Made by a program: the position numbers and the translations under genes. Below, piece after piece: positions 14,528 to 28,347 of a DNA stretch of 64,000 bases (position 1 is the first letter of the stretch; each line of letters opens with the position of its first letter). The notes under the pieces are model-generated. The model was given only the letters and a program-made list of their open reading frames with translations. It made no database searches and had not been told where the DNA came from. Source of the stretch: Marsupella aquatica (taxonomy: Eukaryota; Plantae; Marchantiophyta). The stretch is taken from contig OZ316895.1 in the NCBI GenBank assembly GCA_973895155.1, positions 24,495,538 through 24,559,537 on the forward strand, in the 5' to 3' direction.

Positions 14528-15820
14528 TCAAGAACTATAATAAGGGGTTATGCCTTTTTTAAAGTGGTGGTCATTTGAATTTTCAGTTTCTGTGCCAGAA
14601 AAAAATCTAAAGAAACTTAATATAGAAGGGAAAAATTAACCAAACCCTGCAAAAAGAGTACAAAGAATCCTTTTTTATTTTTCCCTGGATACTTTTCCTA
14701 TAGTACCGCAAATAAATTCCCCCCTCTATCCTCCCATGGTCCTTGCAAGTAGAAGGGAAAAATTAATCAAACCCTGCAAAAAGAGTACAAAGAATACTTT
14801 TTTATTTTTCCCTGTATACTTTTCCTATAGTACCGCAAATAAATTCCCCCCTCTATCCTCCCATGGTCCTTGCAAGAAAATACCCTGACACAATGTATTT
14901 GTCTACCAATCCCAATTCATGTGTCAATCCTTCTCTATATAATATTTACAACTGTTTCTGTTCAATAGCCAATTTGGTTTAATAGAAGGAATCATATTCT
15001 TACTTCTCATTTTACAAGAAGTTAGCATTTTTTTCACCTTTTCTAAAGCCAAATAGACCTGAAATCATTTAACTAAATGATAACTTTATAAGTGCAAAAC
15101 ACTTTATAAGTGCATTTTGTACTCAAACTAAGAAAGATTGCACGCTTATCAGGAAGCACATAATCCAATGAGATTGCATTTACTGATAAGTGCACATCTA
15201 TTAGTAAAGGAAAACTGGACTTATGAAAGTGGACACCAAATTTAGGGCTAGCATTTACATTTTGTGTAACGAGTCACATGGCTGCTCAGCAGTGGAGATG
15301 CCATTTATTAGTAAGTGCAAATTTTAGGGGGTTTGCACTTATCAAGGAATGGAAAAGCAAATTAGTGCACATTGGATCCATCGTTGTAAGAGTGTCATTT
15401 ATACACCTGTTTATAGAGAGTTAACTGTATTTGCATGTGTCATACAATGAACATACAATGAACTCAATCTGTACTTGCCCCTCCACTTGGTACCCGCTCC
15501 AAAAAAACAAGTACACTTGGGAAAAATGAATATGTTTTCAAAATATGAAACATCATCTTTGACATAGCAAATATCGTTGGTGTCATGATATCGTTTTATT
15601 TGACAACATCTTTTTACTTGACAACATCTTTTACATAATGACATCGTTTTACTTGACTGGCACCATGACATCTTTTGACTTGACAACATCTTTTACATAA
15701 CAACATCTTTGGCGCCATGATATCTGTTTACTTTATGACATCTTTCACATATCGACATCTTTGGCAATAATACTTTTTTTGTAACCATATATTTTGTGCA
15801 ACACAGGGGTATTGAGCTAT
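14528..15820 (+). mobile_element. Non-autonomous Helitron (degenerate 3' end)
   Basis: 5' A|TCAAGAACTATAATAAGGGG; subterminal GACATCTT minisatellite; 3' TTTTGTGCAACACAGGGGTATTGAGCTAT|T, a variant of the family CTAG end. Confidence 0.7.
14623..14876. repeat. Tandem duplication, 2 x 127 bp (inside Helitron)
   Basis: TAGAAGGGAAAAATTAA..CCCATGGTCCTTGCAAG occurs twice. Confidence 0.85.
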
Positions 15821-15825
15821 TATGT

Positions 15826-16490
15826 GATAATTTCATGAAAGGCTCGCCGCTTTTTTGAAAAGGATTCACAATCTTTCAGGAGCTAGACATTTGTGTGTCA
15901 GAAAAATGACATGTGGCAAGGGCTCCAAACGTGGGGGCAACATTGAATGTGTAACATCACTAGCGGTAAGGAAAGGGCTGAACAGGTACCAAGTCGCCCA
16001 AATCTAATTTATTCTTGCTCTAAGGTAGCTTATAAGGTTGCTCCAACTTTGAGGTAGCTTCCCCAAATGGTATTTACAAAGGTTTAGATTATGGCGTCTA
16101 GATAATCAAATCAGAAAACCTTTGAGATAAATGCAGGTGTCTTGATTCTCGAAAAGAAATTATAGTAGGTTGTCTTGTAGTGTTCTACCTCAAAAAGATT
16201 CCAATGTGAAAGATGAATAATGAATCCTTCCTTTTCAGAGTTGGGATCAGTTTTTTAGGAACCACCTTAAAGTTAAAATAGATTATTTATTTTGGGGTTA
16301 CTTGGTACCTGTGCCCTCAGTGCTTATTCCTTAACAAATTGTCCTCTCTTCACCGCTTATTCCTTTACAAAGTGTTAGCCCCTAGCGACTCATATCCCCA
16401 GATGTCATGTTCCTAGAAGACATATATTTAGCTTCGGAACAATTGTGATTCCTTTCCAAAAGTGGTGGGCCTCTTATGGTTTTCTCATTA
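15826..16490. repeat. Degenerate long inverted repeat; related copy at about 4200-4330
   Basis: AAAGGATTCACAATC..AAAAATGACATGTGG is mirrored by CCAGATGTCATGTT..ATTGTGATTCCTTT. A similar sequence occurs at 4200-4300. Confidence 0.45.
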
Positions 16491-17532
16491 TGATTTCACT
16501 TAGCTATACCTAAGTCACTCAAAGCCAGAAACTTAGGAAACAAAACCTAAACTTTGAGTTGTAGTTAGAAGGGGAGGGGTTGGCAATATCTTGAAATGCT
16601 TCACACTCCCTGGATTTCTCACACTCTTGGGAAGAGATACCTTACGGTTAAGCTATCCCTGGCTAGTGTATGAAAAAATAATTTAAAACATATCCCAACA
16701 AAGGATGGTTTCTTTTGGGGGATCATCTAAGATGGAAACTCTACAAGACAAGAGTTTCTTTTGGGGGATCCTCATATCTTTAGTTATCTTAAATATAAGT
16801 GGTTGCTTATATATCTAGACACCATAGTCATAAAAGCATTTTAATACCTTGTGGAAAGCTGTTCAAAGTTGGAGCAACCCGTGGAGCAACCTTATTAAGA
16901 ATAGGACTGGTGCACAGTGTTGGATTCTAAGATATTAGAGAACAGCAAGAGAAAAGATATCCTCATACACTCTAAACACTCATGTGCAATGTGCCACCAC
17001 ACATGTTCCACAAAACACTATTGGTGGCTTTACAAGATGCGTGGGGCACTTTCAACGTGTTTCTTTTCTCCAACATGCAATCGATTGGGGAGCAACTCCT
17101 GCTATTCACTCTATAAACGTGGGGCAGGTTCAACCAACCCAATTGGCAATGGTAACTATCTTTAGGATGTTAAATGGCTGATAGGATAGCTTTGCTAAAA
17201 ACATACTCAACTGCCCCCTTAATCTAGGGGTGGCTTCACAAACATACTGTCTTTGTGAAGCCACCCCTAGATAACACTATTTATCTCATGACAACAATTG
17301 TTACCCCCTTAATATAGGAATGTAGCTAATGAACACTATTTACTCTGCGTCCCCCTAGACGATTTGCACTGTAGTTTATCACAGACTTTGTTGACCAGGT
17401 ACTTACACCAGCTGCTGCTATCTTGTATATCTCTTTACCTGGCATGGGATCTATTCCGGGCATGTATCTTGTTATCTGTCCAAGTTTCTTGCAAGTTGCA
17501 ACAGGGCTCTTCAGTTTGCACTTGATGACTAC

Positions 17533-18273
17533 GAGCATCTCCAACCCAACTGGATTTTGTTATTGTAAGTTGGCGTTGACCAAACCCAGCAAAGAAATCC
17601 AGGTTTAACCTGACGGGCAAGTTGTCGGCTTGCTGTGCACGTAAAACCATCAAATGACGGCCCCAAAACGGCCAGTTTGACGTATATTCCCCAATATTCC
17701 CCCAGACTGCCCTGACTCCCAACCTGGCCCCCTCCCCGGATCCTTCCAAACCCGGCCTGGACTCGGCCTCCCAAACCCCCTAAACACCCGGCCCAAACCC
17801 GTCCGGGGCCAGCCCAGGTCATCCCTCACACTCGGACCGACCCCGACTCTGGGAGACCAGGCGACCGGTTGATGTGTTGATGGCTTGACGCCCCAAATCG
17901 TCCAGTTCGACAGGTAACGTCAAACCGGGAAGAAAATCTAAAAACTCAGGAACCCACTCACTCTAAGGCTATGATCCGGATTTCAGGAATGTAAAGTTTT
18001 GGTATGAGAGAGATTCTACGGATTCCTACATTTTTGATGTAGCTATAACTTTTTAGTCTTTGCTATCCTAAGTATATAGTTTACCACTAATTTTAAATTT
18101 CTACCAGTTGAGAGAAGAAGTTTTACCTGTTCCCATGAGCGAGAGAAATGAGTCTGAGACTTGTGGACAACCTAGTGTCTTAAGTTCCCTCTATTGATTG
18201 AATTTTGTTTTGATTGAATTGATTGTCACTACCTCAAGCAGGTAAGCAAAACCCCATTGAGTTGGAGATGCTC
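17533..18273. mobile_element. Tourist-like MITE (TIR GAGCATCTCCAAC)
   Basis: GAGCATCTCCAACCCAA ... TTGAGTTGGAGATGCTC. Confidence 0.65.
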
Positions 18274-19182
18274 TGATTCCACCTCTCCTAAAAGTCTTGG
18301 CTAGGGTACTTTGTCCAACATTGGCTAGTTTCCTAGCCAGAAGCTACTGGTTATGAATTCTAGTTAGATCTAACAGTACAAAGATCTTGTCAAAAATTTA
18401 TCCAGAAAAACTAGATAGGAATGTTTTTTATAGGTTCTCATTCACACAAGATGATTTTGGCCCAAAAAGAAAAAAAAACACAATCATTTACATTATGCTC
18501 GACATAGGAATCCCTTGAAGTATGGAACATTTGCCTTGGTATATTACTGATTCATCCTGTCACCTTGTGAGCTAATCAATATGTCCTTGTCCAGGACGGT
18601 AGATTCTCTTTTGCAGTATAGTGTAGTCAGTACTTCAACGCTTTAGGCCATGCGTTGGGAGAAAAAATGAGACCTCTCATAGATAGTTTAGTGGTATTCC
18701 CCCACACAAACTTTGTTACAAACGACTGTAGGTCCCCTAGGTAGGTTCTGTACTTATGATTCTTTGGTGCCTAATTATATGGTCGACCGTGCCTTTTCCA
18801 TTGTAGTCTAGTGCACTCCCATCATAGTCCGACTGTAAGTCTATGCTTAAACACATGATGTATTATGCGTTCAGATAATTATACTAGTTTAGGTGACAGC
18901 GGGTTAGTACAAAATAACCAGTCTAGGTCTTGCAGGTTGCAAAACTTTCTCGTGGAAAGAGGGTTCTGAAGGTTTTCAAATTTTTATCATGGAAGAGGGT
19001 GTCTTGATCATTTTATGTATTTGTTGCTATCAGTTTTGGGAGGTTTACACTTTTTTTTTTATCATGGGGCAAACTAAGGGGCATTGATGGTGACCTGCAA
19101 CCCTTGTTGCGCTGTAAGATTTTGTGTTTGCTTTGTCTGCTAGTCTACTCTTTGATTCCATACATACGTTTGCCCTAATCCA

Positions 19183-19360
19183 CCTCATGGGCTATGTGCG
19201 CTTGTACCTTGAAATAATTCCTTTTTATAAGAGTTTTTTACACCATGCCTAAAGAATGATGTACCTCACGGCTATGTGCGCTTGTACCTTGAAATAATTC
19301 CTTTTTATAAGAGTCTGTTTCATCATGCCTAAAGAATGATGTACCTCATGGTTATGTGCT
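19183..19360. repeat. Tandem repeat, ~80 bp x 2.3
   Basis: ACCTCA..GCTATGTGCGCTTGTACCTTGAAATAATTCC..CATGCCTAAAGAATGATGT repeated. Confidence 0.8.
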
Positions 19361-20848
19361 CTTTGTATCTTGCCATATACTTCTCTCTGTAAGAGAATCT
19401 ACATTATGCAATTATTCCACCAAAACTCTTCCTTGTGTTGTTTACAAATTGGGTTGAATGTGAATGAAGCTTGGGTGTTGGACAATGGGCCTCTAATATG
19501 TATCCATGTCCGGAGTGACTGGACAGCGCCGCCTTCCAGCTCCTACATGTTCCATAGGGGGTGATTACATAACCCCATAATTGCATGTAGCACACCGATT
19601 CAATTATTTCTATCAACAGCAAAGATTTTATATTTCGGGTAAACTTGAGGATGATTCATTTTTTTTTAAAGAGTTCATTCATATGTCTTTTTCCATCACC
19701 GTTGGATTGCCCATAGATCCATCCTTAAGCCAGGCTGCCCTCCTGCTTGTGCAACCCCCTGCCAGTGATTGTCTGCCTCCTTTCCCATCATCTCCTGCCT
19801 TGTTTGCCATCACCTCGATCATGGTGCATGGCCCAACCTGTTGTGCAACGCCACTGACTAGATTTTTAGGTTTTGTTTAGCAGAGTGAAATGAAAGAGAT
19901 CCTGGACCAGATAGGACACCTAATAGTACATATAAGATGACTTAATAATTTCTTAACTTGTGACTGAATAACATTACATTGTCTCCCAATGATTTCTTTT
20001 CTTCAGTTTAACATTTTCTGTGCAAAGAAGGACAGTGGGGATCTTAAAATATAAAAATGAAGATGCAACCAACAATGTGAAATAACTGTAAAGTGGAAAG
20101 TAATTGGTTAGCGGATATGCCATATGCTACTCATTCAAGTGCTAAAGTACTACAGGAGGCTAGACTTACAGGATATGCCATATCCTACTGACGTACTAAA
20201 GGGCTCCAAGAGGCTGGATTTCCGTTGTCATTTTGGAATTTTCCAAAGCCATTGGCTGGAGATTGGCTTTGCAAAACATTCCAAATGATCTTTTGAAAAA
20301 GAAAAAGAAATCCAAATGATGCTTGCAGGCGTGAGGTAGACCCCTTCGTTGTCGTAGGGTAATATTGGGCTTTCCTTCCTCATACGCTCTTCTGGTTTTG
20401 GCCTTCCTGGTTTGGCACTTTTATTATTGGGCTGGGTGCCATATAATTATGTCACCCCTACGAAGGTGACACATATTTCTCACACCCCTAAACAAATGAC
20501 ATGGGGCCCATCTATCTATTTCATAATAATGCACTGTACGTTCTGCATATTGCACCATGTTGTACAAAGTGTGGACAAGGACAAACAATTGAAATAGTGC
20601 ATAGTTTGGGCAATTGTGCCTGGCGTAACGATACCTTGAGCTAGGCGTCATCTCGTTTACAGGGGTTTGGGCTATAACTTGAAAGGAAAATATCAACATT
20701 TTAGTGCTGCACGGACCTGATTGTATCTATGGTAAATTACTATCCACGTAATTTAAAAAAATGTAAACATTAATTAGCTTAAATTCCTTCAAGAAATCTC
20801 CCTTTGTACTTGTGGAGAGACTGCCTGATAATGATTGGATGGGACACA

Positions 20849-22628
20849 TCAAGAACTATAATACAAGGTTACGCCTTTTTATGCACTGGTCGTCATTCAA
20901 AAATACAGTGCCAAGAAAAAAAATAACCAATAAATAGAAGGGTAAAACCAAAAGAAAATTAAATACAGTGTGAACCAAAAAGTACAGTAAATCTTTTCAC
21001 ACAAACAGTAATCAATTGGTGTACACAAAAAACAAAAAATGTAACTAACCCTGTTGCATGCATTTTTCACACAAAAAAGAATCTAATGGTGGGAACAAAA
21101 GACAAAAATGTACCTAACCCAGTTGTATGCAAGAGTATCATAAGTGATATACCATATCCTCTAAAAATGGATATGGTATTATTTACAAACTCAAGAAAAA
21201 ATGGGAACAATCCTAGGTCTTAAGTAAAAATTTGTTTTTCTGTAAATGTAGGATCCATCCATATCTATATTAATCTGGATTACCTCTGCCCAAGCTACCC
21301 ATAACCTACCTCAACCCAACCAAGATAAAAAATAAAAAATAGAATATTATTAAAAAATAATTATTCAAATTGAGACTTAAAGAATTGGATAAGAACTTTA
21401 AAGTTTGAAAAAACTTGAGTATTAATAATCTATATATGATATTAATTTCTCTAAAAATTTTAAATTTTAAATAAATTTTCTATCACTTGGTTGTGCTTGG
21501 ACTCTATGTTGCGATGACTATTATCTCAGCCTCCGATTTCTATGTGCAGTGCACGAGTTGTTGCACACCATCACAACAACTCTACCTTGCCTTGACATAT
21601 TTTTCTCATCTCGCCATTTTTTCTGACATTGACATTATCTCATGACAATTTTTTCTCACCCTCAACATCATTTAGGTCCTTGATATATTTTCTCACCTGA
21701 CTTGACATCTTTTCTCACCACAACATCTTTCCCTCACCCTCAACATATTTTCTCTCCTCAACGTCATTTTCTCACATCACCATGTTTTTTCTCTCCTCAA
21801 CATCACCTTGACTTCTTTGTCTCACCTCAACATCTCGTTTTGTCATTGACATTTGTTTTCACCTCGAAATCTGACCTATTTCTCAACTTCACATTTTTAT
21901 CTCACCACAACATCTTTCCCTCACCCTCAACATCTTTTCCTCATCTTCACATATTTTTCTCACATCGCCATCTTTTCTCTCCTTGATATAGTTTTTGCTC
22001 TACTTCTTTTTCTTAGCTCAACATCTCTTTTTCTCATCAACATCTTTGTTCACCTCGACATCTTTTTCTCACCTCCACTTCTTTTTCTCACTTCAACTTC
22101 TTTTTCTCACCTCAACATCTATTTTCACCTCAACATATTTCTCTCATCACACCATCTTTTGTGCAACTTTTGTTTTAACAATGTCTTTTTTACTTAATGA
22201 CAACTTTTCTCTTAACGACATCTTGGGCAACGTGGCATTTCTTTTCTTAAGGACATATTGGGTGCCACAACATCTTGGGTGACACAATATCATTTTTCTT
22301 AAGTACATCTTTGGTGTCACAACATTTTTCTTCTCAACAACATCTTGGGTGACACAATATATTTTTTCTTCATTAATGACACATTGGGTGACACAACATT
22401 TTTTTTCTTCATGACATCTTCAGTTGGGCGACACTACATTTTCTTTCTTAACGACATCTTGGGCGACACCACATCTTTTTTTCTTAACGGCATCTTGGGC
22501 GACACAACATATTTGTTCTTAACAACATCTTGGGCGACACATCATCTTTTTGTCTTAACGACATCTTAGAGGACACGACATCTTGGGCGACACGACATCT
22601 TTTGTGCAACGCACGGGTATTGAGCTAG
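20849..22628 (+). mobile_element. Non-autonomous Helitron
   Basis: 5' A|TCAAGAACTATAATAC; about 1 kb ACATCTT/GACATCTT minisatellite; 3' hairpin GTGC-AAC-GCACGGG then TATTGAGCTAG|T. Inserted between A and T with no TSD. Confidence 0.85.
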
Positions 22629-23149
22629 TGTGACATAAGTTTATCAAAAAATACTCTAAGTAATTATTCACTCCCATAATTCCAAGGATAAATTACAATT
22701 TAACAACCTTTTTTTCTTAAGTTTTAGAGTGTCCAATTTTTTTAGATATAGTGAGACCCAGAGGCAAGTACATGATTATATTTACACTAACTATAGTAAT
22801 TAACATAGTAACTCTAAACCAAAGAGTCAATGCCAAATAGTATGGTGGTCACTTACATATTCTGATACATTGTAGTTACGAACAATACTACAAGTTGAGG
22901 CAATAAAAGCTAATAAAAATGTTATGATGTGAATGTGTTCATGAGGGTTTAGTGAGTCTATTCAATCATCATGTCAAGCATTTTCTGTCCATCCAGGCCC
23001 AGTTTCTACTAGAGTCTGTCATATAGTCAAAGTGTAGGCTCTTGGAAAGACAACCCAAGCCAGCCCTTACCCATAGTTGTTAGAAATTGACTCCAGTTCT
23101 TTAACTAGTAAGATGCGTGGGCCCAAACAAATGGATCTTATTTAAGCCA

Positions 23150-23430
23150 TGAAAAACCGGTGTTGTTGTGTCATATGCAAAATGAATTCATTGCAGTTGG
23201 CAAAGAATGCCAGAACAAAGCACATTGACATTAGTTATCATTTCATTCATGGCCATTGAGGCAAAGTAGATGTTTATGGAGAACTCAAGGTGGTTTCAGA
23301 TGAAAACGTAAGTTGCAAACATGCCTAGTAAACAAAGTTTTATCAACCGATAGCTCTACATAGTGTGAACGATAAGATTCACTTATTTAGATCCACACAT
23401 CTTAGTCCCTTGGCCGGGGAGTATATTTTG
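23150..23430 (+). mobile_element. Ty1/copia RNase H relic
   Basis: Translates as SLQLAKNARTKHIDISYHFIH (copia RTKHIDIRYHF motif), disrupted by stops and indels. Polypurine GGGGAG near 23416. Confidence 0.75.
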
Positions 23431-26301
23431 GAGTGAGGGCTGGAGGAAGGGTATGTATAATTTCAATCAAGCTATGTATTGTTCAAGAGTTTCTCCGTCA
23501 TGGTGTCCTAATGGTCCAGTGTGTGATCGAGTGCAGTCTCATGCTCGGCTTATAATGTGCTGCCAAGCCTGATCCGTCTTACAATAAGTGGAGAGAGTTC
23601 AAGGTGTCCCCAAACAATTACAGATTTACAACACAGTCATGCAATCTAAGCACCTACTTAGAGAAAGAAATTAGGGCCTGACCACCTTCACCCTAAGCAC
23701 AACTTCCACGTTTAATGTTTTGCCCTCCCAATCACTCAGAGGTTGGGCTTACGCGGGCCTAGGTATCCACAAATCTGGAAATGGGTTGTCATTGTAAAGC
23801 TGCTGTCAGTTCCCAGGGCCAGAAGCCTTGACGACCCTCAACCCTCGTAGAATCCATTTCAACTGGACAAGTGCATGTAGTTACAGCAGTGCAACCCTTC
23901 CAAACCTGACCTGAGCCTTCCAGCAAAGCGCACAGAGATTGGTAGCCCTCCACCATCACACAGATATTATTATGTTTTAACAAAACAGAACCAGTCCTGA
24001 TTTGTAGCACAAGAGATGAGAGATTTGTAGCACAGGACACATAGATTTGGGTAAGGCAATTACTGTAGGCAGCCTTGGAAACTGTTCTCCGATATAAAAT
24101 TAAAGTCAGGCGGGGTCTACTATGTAGTAGCATCTCCCATGTGAAACGTGCTCCACTTTAAATCTTCCTGGACGTAGGGCTGGATATGGAACAAAATATC
24201 TCAAAAGATTCAAACAATGCCCAATCCAATATGGTAGGACAGCTAGTTTTCAGGACCTTCGTTTGAAGACTTTGACAATCATGGCTTTCCGGACTAGTCA
24301 TAGCCAGTAGATGAGAGTACCAGTCGCCAATGATAGGAAGCCAAGATTGGAATTTAGGGCCTGTTCTCGTAGGACAGCCAACAATCAATCAATTAAGCCA
24401 ATAGGGCGTCTCAATCCTGGAGCAAGATGGCAAACAGGTTGTGGTTACCCCATCTGACCATAGCTGTTATGGTGTCAGATGAATTTTTTTCGTTTTTTGT
24501 GCCCAGCCTATGGAGTTTTCTTATGACAATGTAATACAGATCTTTGCCAAAAACAAGAAATTACCTAATACTGATTTTGAAGTCTATATGGATTTTGCCC
24601 ATAACCCCCACTAGAACTTTGGGACTTCAAGATGCCCTAAATCGCAATATAACTGAGTTGACAACCCATCTGTGGAAGTTTATTGTTAAAGGACAGAGTG
24701 TGTACCTAATATGAGATTTTGTCGATCAACGATGGTCGATATGTGACAGAGCAATAAATTGTCTCATGTAAATAACCTTTACACTTGAGGGTGTAGGATG
24801 GCGTCAGTTACAGTAGATGCTACATATATCCTATTTTTGGGGGTGCACTTACAAAGTCTCAGCCTGCACGTATCCCTTATTTTGGCAGAGGTTGACAATT
24901 ACATTTATCCCACAGTTACATTTGTCCCCACAGTTACATTTATCCAGAAGGATATTGGATTATAAATGTATTCTGGCAGAGACTTAGTAAGAGCTAGAAA
25001 CAATAAGCCATAGGTAACCATTCGGACTCATCATGCATGACGCTTCATTAACTACGACTGATGTTGAAATAACCTGAAGGTTGTCCAAGTCCAAGGCTAA
25101 TTATTACTGTAGATAGAAAGCCCACTAGGAAGGGGATGTTGAACTAACCTGAAGGTCGTCCAAGTCCAAGGCAAATTATTGTAGATTGAAAGCCACTAGT
25201 AACTTGGAGATGTGAAAACTCAGAGGACTGGGTCAACCTTAGCGAACACGGCTGTCCCAGTTGGAATTGGGGCTTGTGGTCTACTTTGACAACTTGTATG
25301 AATTGAATAATAACATAACATAGACAGTTAGACACGGAAGATACGAGACCTGTTCATTGAGAGATGAAAGCAAGCCCGTTTCCGAGGCTGTGCTACAATA
25401 ATAGACGCGGTGGCCGAAAAGTGTGGGCATGTGCTTCTGCTGGGGATCCTTGCAACACAATCTTTACTATAGCACAGGGCAGTTTTGACTGGTGCGCCTT
25501 CTCCGACATGTCTGTGTGTGCCCACTTCAGCGGGTCGGAAAAGTGCAACGCCAAACTGGGGAAATGGGAAATGGGAAATGGTATACTTGCGCAGTTGCGC
25601 CACTGCCAGATTCTGCGGGACTCTTGGAGCTAGAGCTACAGTGGGACTTCAGTTCTACTGTTCTACAGTGGGTGTGGAGAGTGGAGACACACACAGACAC
25701 ACTCTAGCGTGTGGGGTACAGCTGGAAACGGGAGAACCGGGGAAGGGTTGAGCGGGCCGAAATGGAGGTTAAAACCCAGGGATGAAGGCTGCCGAAGTCA
25801 GATTCATTCCGTCAGTTCCAAGAGCTCGGACGCTCTGATCAGACTGACACATCGATCAGAGGTGTCGTTCTTGATCTACGAAGCTGTACGTGATAGTCTG
25901 TGCAGAACTCAATCTGACCCACGGGTCTGATTGGAGGTCTGCAGCTAGCGTACTCTCGAGCTCACATTCGTTGCAAAACATTGATGACCAGGTATTGAGA
26001 GGAGTAATAGTACCAGTTGTCAGAGGGTCGAGCAGAGATTGGGAATACCTTTACCACTCCGGCTTTCCGAAAACTGAGTGCTGCAAGTTTAATACGTGAA
26101 GACCGTCAACTTCAGAACAAGCAGAGAAAGTGTTTACTATCCGTTCCTTACACACTTTGTTGGCGTACCAGCTTGAGACGTACTCAGCGTAGAAGAGCTT
26201 CTACATCCAGAATTCCGATTGATCTAGATACAGCACAGTATTCCTTCACTGACACTGACCATCGTTGAAGCTAAATCGGGAGAATCGAAAGTGGTCAGAG
26301 G

Positions 26302-28347
26302 ATGGGGACTTTGAAATCGGTAGTCGTGATTACCTTTTTGGGATTTCTATTAGCATTGTCGGTCGACGCAGCAGGAAGCAAATTGGGTCCTCCTTTGAAG
26401 TTCAATTTCTACAAGGATTCGTGTCCCCAGGCCGAGAAGATCGTCGAGGACACTTTGGCATACTATTCTGCTCAAGATCCCACAACGCCAGCTCCGTTGC
26501 TCCGGTTGTTCTTCCACGACTGCTTCGTTCAAGGATGCGATGCTTCTGTGCTAATCAATTCGACGACAAACAACACAGCCGAGAAAGATGCGGGCATTAA
26601 TTTCAGTATTGGAAATTTCTACGTCGTCGACGACATCAAGGCTCAGCTAGAAGAGGAGTGCCCTGAAACTGTTTCTTGTTCGGACGTCCTGGCTCTACTT
26701 GCTGTGTACAGTGTTAAACAGGTGAGGATTTTGGCAGCCCATGGTTTATATGCCCTTCTCATGTCCGGATCCCTGGATTTGAGTTCTTTCACGGTACTTG
26801 TTTGTTTGCCCTGTTTACTTGGTATGTATGGTGTTCCTTGTAGTTTCGATGGACCCTGAATCCTTTCGCCTCTGATGCACCACCTCTGCAACTTAGATAA
26901 CGATCCAAAGTCATCCTTGCTGTCGTTACAATCCGACACTCTATCCAAATGCTAACTTCCACGCACCATTTCGTGGACATCGCAATTCAATCTAACCAGA
27001 GCTAGGCCTCTGATTCCAACACCCAAATTAGCTACTGTGATGAATGTCATTTTGCATATTGAATGTAGTGAGATTCACAGTTTCGGCTCCCAAGTTAGTA
27101 GTGTGTTAGCCGAATGGTTAGATTACAGTTCTACAGACAAACCTGCCTCGCTTCGAGATTGGCTCTTAGCCCTTTTGCGCCAGCTCAATCAAAGCACGAG
27201 GAAATATAATTACAACTATTATACAGTTAAATGTTCAATGTGGGATGTTTCTTACGTCTTGTGTGTGATCTGCTCAGACTGGAGGACCGCTGTACAAAAT
27301 CGAGTTGGGTCGTAGAGATGCACTTACGTCTTACGCGCCAAGCGCGCAAACGTTTCTGCCCGCCTTCAACCTGAATGTTTCTGGCCTTCTGGAGGACTTC
27401 AAGTACATTGGCTTGGATCTCTGGGACGTGATTACTCTGTCGGGTAAGCCCTCTCCTCCTGCTACAGCCATATAGTGTGATTATTGCCGATATTCCTCGT
27501 GTTCTTGCATCGTGCAGAAAGCCCTTCCAGACATGTTCAGTCGAGAGACATATATTCAGTTCCTAAACTTAAGAACGAGGGTTCAAGGACCGTTGTGGGA
27601 CCATGCCATAGAATTCTTCGCTTTGTTCATCAAGTAGGTTCGTAGAATGTGTCGTCTTAACAATTTCGGGGCCAGCGGAGTTCTGTCAATTACCTCTGCA
27701 CCCGCCTCTGCCCGTCAATGAATGGACTGTAATTCTAATCTGACATGGCAATCCTGTAGGCTAGTGGCACAATCTGATACAGTCTCATATGTAGCTGCTG
27801 TGACAATATTGGTCGATTTGTTTATATCTTCACAGAATTGATACTCATTTTGCGTTGGACATGTGACTTGGATTGGCATGCAGGTGCGCACACCATAGGC
27901 CAGGGGCATTGCAAGAGCATTGCTAACCGAATTTACCCCAAAATCGACCACGTATACCCCCACCACTACGGCAAAGAATTGTACAATAACTGCAGCGACA
28001 ATGGAAACATCAAAACGCCACCTTTCGACAGCAATACTCAGTTCTTCAATGACCCGATCACCCCTCTCATCTTCGACAATCAGTACTTCAAGAACCTTGA
28101 GCACGGCCTGGGCCTTTTCAGCTCCGATCTCGTCCTCTTCACCGATCCGTCAACCACGGGGCTTGTTCAACAGTACGCTAAGGATCAATCTTACTTTTTC
28201 AAGGAGTTTGGAAAGTCCCTGAGGAAGATGGGAAGGGCTAACGTGCTAACTGGAACTCAGGGCCAAATTCGCAAGCAATGCTGGGTGACAAACTCGCACA
28301 ATGCGGACCCTGCTTTTGACCCAATTTCGTACAACTTCATTGACTAG
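26302..28347 (+). CDS. Class III secretory plant (haem) peroxidase; exons 26302-26721, 27278-27443, 27884-28347; 349 aa
   Basis: Signal peptide (MGTLKSVVVITFLGFLLALSVDA). Motifs FYKDSCPQAE, distal LLRLFFHDCFVQGCDAS, CPETVSCSD, TGGP..LGRRD, proximal LSGAHTIG, DPITPLIFDNQYFKNL, GLFSSD and KMG..VLTGTQGQIRKQC. All 8 conserved Cys are present. GT..AG introns (CAG|gtgagg..ctcag|ACT; TCGG|gtaagc..tgcag|GTGCG) join in frame: 420+166+464=1050 nt. Confidence 0.96.

Noticed and set aside
23789-24388. Possible LINE ORF2 relic on the minus strand (also about 13640-13930 and 29450-29660)
   Set aside because: Only faint motif resemblance, too weak to call without a search.
26722-26859. C-terminal part of ORF 26302-26859, and N-terminal parts of ORFs 27838, 37336 and 46659
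   Set aside because: Read-through into introns. Homology stops at the GT/AG sites.
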